Shown here piece after piece: positions 62,747-64,000 of a stretch of 64,000 nt of DNA; the first letter of the stretch is position 1; the number at the start of each line of letters is the position of its first letter. The translations under genes and the position numbers were made by a program. A model generated the notes under the pieces. That model had not been told where the DNA came from, did no database searches, and saw nothing but the letters and a program-made list of their open reading frames with translations. Origin of the DNA: an uncultured bacterium (lineage in GTDB: Bacteria; Zixibacteria; MSB-5A5; CAIYYT01); assembly GCA_963726455.1 (NCBI GenBank), contig CAVSCK010000004.1, forward strand, positions 672,001 through 736,000. Reading direction: 5' to 3'.

Positions 62747-63277
62747 CTATTTTAGGATTTCGATACTGATGTTGCGGTTGGAGTAAATGCAAATATCGGC
62801 GGCGATTTCCAACGATTTCCTGACAATTTGCTCCGCCGACAACTTGGAGTTGGCAACCAATGCCCGACAGGCGGCCAGCGCGTACGGTCCGCCCGAACCG
62901 ATCGCAACTATGCCGTCGTCCGGCTCAACGACATCGCCTGAACCGGAAATCACCATTGAATGATCCTTGTCCATCACTGCCAGCAATGCCTCGAGTTGCC
63001 GAAGATACTTGTCTTTCCGCCAGTCCTTCGCCAATTCGACTGCGGCTCTCGGAAGATTCTCGGGGTATTCCTCGAGTTTGGCCTCAAAACGCTCGAACAA
63101 AGTAAAGGCATCAGCTGACGAACCGGCAAATCCAGCCAGGATGCGCCCGTCGTTAAGAGTTCTGATCTTGCGCGCTGTCGCTTTGACAATGGTTTCGGCA
63201 AACGTAACCTGTCCGTCGCCACCTATCGCTACTTGTCCTTTGTGCCTGAGTCCCAGTATTGTGGTTGACCTGAACAT
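62747..63277 (-). CDS. hslV: ATP-dependent protease subunit HslV
   Basis: STTILG, GDGQVT, AGFAGS.ADA, AIGSGG. Confidence 0.97.
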   Translation of the reverse strand: MFRSTTILGLRHKGQVAIGGDGQVTFAETIVKATARKIRTLNDGRILAGFAGSSADAFTLFERFEAKLEEYPENLPRAAVELAKDWRKDKYLRQLEALLAVMDKDHSMVISGSGDVVEPDDGIVAIGSGGPYALAACRALVANSKLSAEQIVRKSLEIAADICIYSNRNISIEILK

Positions 63278-63278
63278 T

Positions 63279-64000
63279 CTATTTTCTCCTGTGGGCGCGC
63301 GGGTGCGCCTGCTGATATTCTTTCTTGAGTGCCGCCGTCGTGACGTGTGTGTAAATCTGCGTCGTCGAGACTGACTCGTGGCCGAGCAAATCGGAAATCG
63401 CCAGCAAGTCGGCGCCGTTGTCCATAAGATGCGTTGCGAACGAGTGCCGCAATGAGTGTGGTGACAGTTTCTGTCCCTCGCGCAACTTGTCCGTATACTT
63501 CTCAACTATACGTGCAACCGATCGGGTGGTAATGGGATCGCCGAATTTGTTTACGAACAACGTAGCCGCGCCTGGGCCGAATGTGGAATTCCGCATCTGG
63601 ATATACTGCTGCAACCGCAATTTGGCAATCTCCCCGAACGGCACGACACGCATCTTGCGCCCCTTGCCGGTGACGCGCACGAGCTGGCCGTTGAAATCGA
63701 GCTGCGCGTCGGTCAGCGAAGTCAACTCCGCCAATCGCAGTCCCGACTGGTAGAACAGCTCCAGAATTGCGCGGTCACGGTAACACTGGAAGTCCTCCCC
63801 TTGCGGGAGTTCCATCAGCGTTTCGGCTTCCGATTCGGTCAGGAACTGTGGCAATTCCTTGTCGATCTTGAGATCGCTGATTGCCACGTCGAAATCGGGC
63901 GGCAATAGACCTTCGCGCGACAGATAGTAGATGTAAGTCTTGAGCGCCGTGACCTTGCGCGAAATCGACCGATTGGAAATTCCTCGTGACTTCAGATGAA
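63279..64000 (-). CDS. xerC: Tyrosine recombinase XerC, truncated by the window edge
   Basis: [43 protein letters not shown]; xerC-hslV-hslU order. Confidence 0.9.
   Translation of the reverse strand, partial: HLKSRGISNRSISRKVTALKTYIYYLSREGLLPPDFDVAISDLKIDKELPQFLTESEAETLMELPQGEDFQCYRDRAILELFYQSGLRLAELTSLTDAQLDFNGQLVRVTGKGRKMRVVPFGEIAKLRLQQYIQMRNSTFGPGAATLFVNKFGDPITTRSVARIVEKYTDKLREGQKLSPHSLRHSFATHLMDNGADLLAISDLLGHESVSTTQIYTHVTTAALKKEYQQAHPRAHRRK

Noticed and set aside
34074-63753. Numerous long antisense ORFs in the track (e.g. 35890-36588, 53504-54130, 56539-57309, 59388-60071)
   Set aside because: Shadow frames of well-supported genes on the opposite strand, with no recognisable motifs
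63279-64000. Prophage or genomic-island integrase
   Set aside because: Sequence and xerC-hslV-hslU gene order indicate chromosomal XerC; no att sites or phage genes are nearby

Overview
Bacterial genomic window, most likely from an FCB-related lineage such as candidate phylum Zixibacteria. This is an inference from a dockerin-like C-terminal domain (GDANGTGDIDISDAVYLIGYIFAGG), a PorX-like PglZ regulator next to tsaE, and a eukaryotic-type citrate synthase. About 17 otherwise well-conserved genes, including normally essential ones (prfB, folC), are broken by indels. I read these as uncorrected long-read errors, not pseudogenes. The left part (1-30 kb) is accessory and metabolic: a likely AhpD-like selenoprotein (CxxU with a SECIS-like hairpin), a pair of secreted paralogs, aminotransferase-pckA, a cytochrome c peroxidase plus Cyc2-like porin-cytochrome, lemA-htpX, citrate synthase, and a cobalamin-riboswitch-controlled TonB receptor plus beta-propeller/dockerin operon. 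The right part is housekeeping and signalling: rlmN, prfB with its programmed +1 frameshift, pta, an ABC exporter, a sigma54 two-component cluster with a perfect -24/-12 promoter, folC-accD-tsaB/rimI-tsaE-porX-HK-serS, polysaccharide genes, hslUV and xerC. The most notable structure is two separate DUF559 (Vsr-like) endonuclease genes, each enclosed by its own family of CCCCTCT...AGAGGGG palindromic repeats. This resembles a REP/RAYT locus but with a different nuclease fold. Several candidate structured non-coding RNAs are also flagged. All family assignments come from motif recognition by eye; no database search was run.
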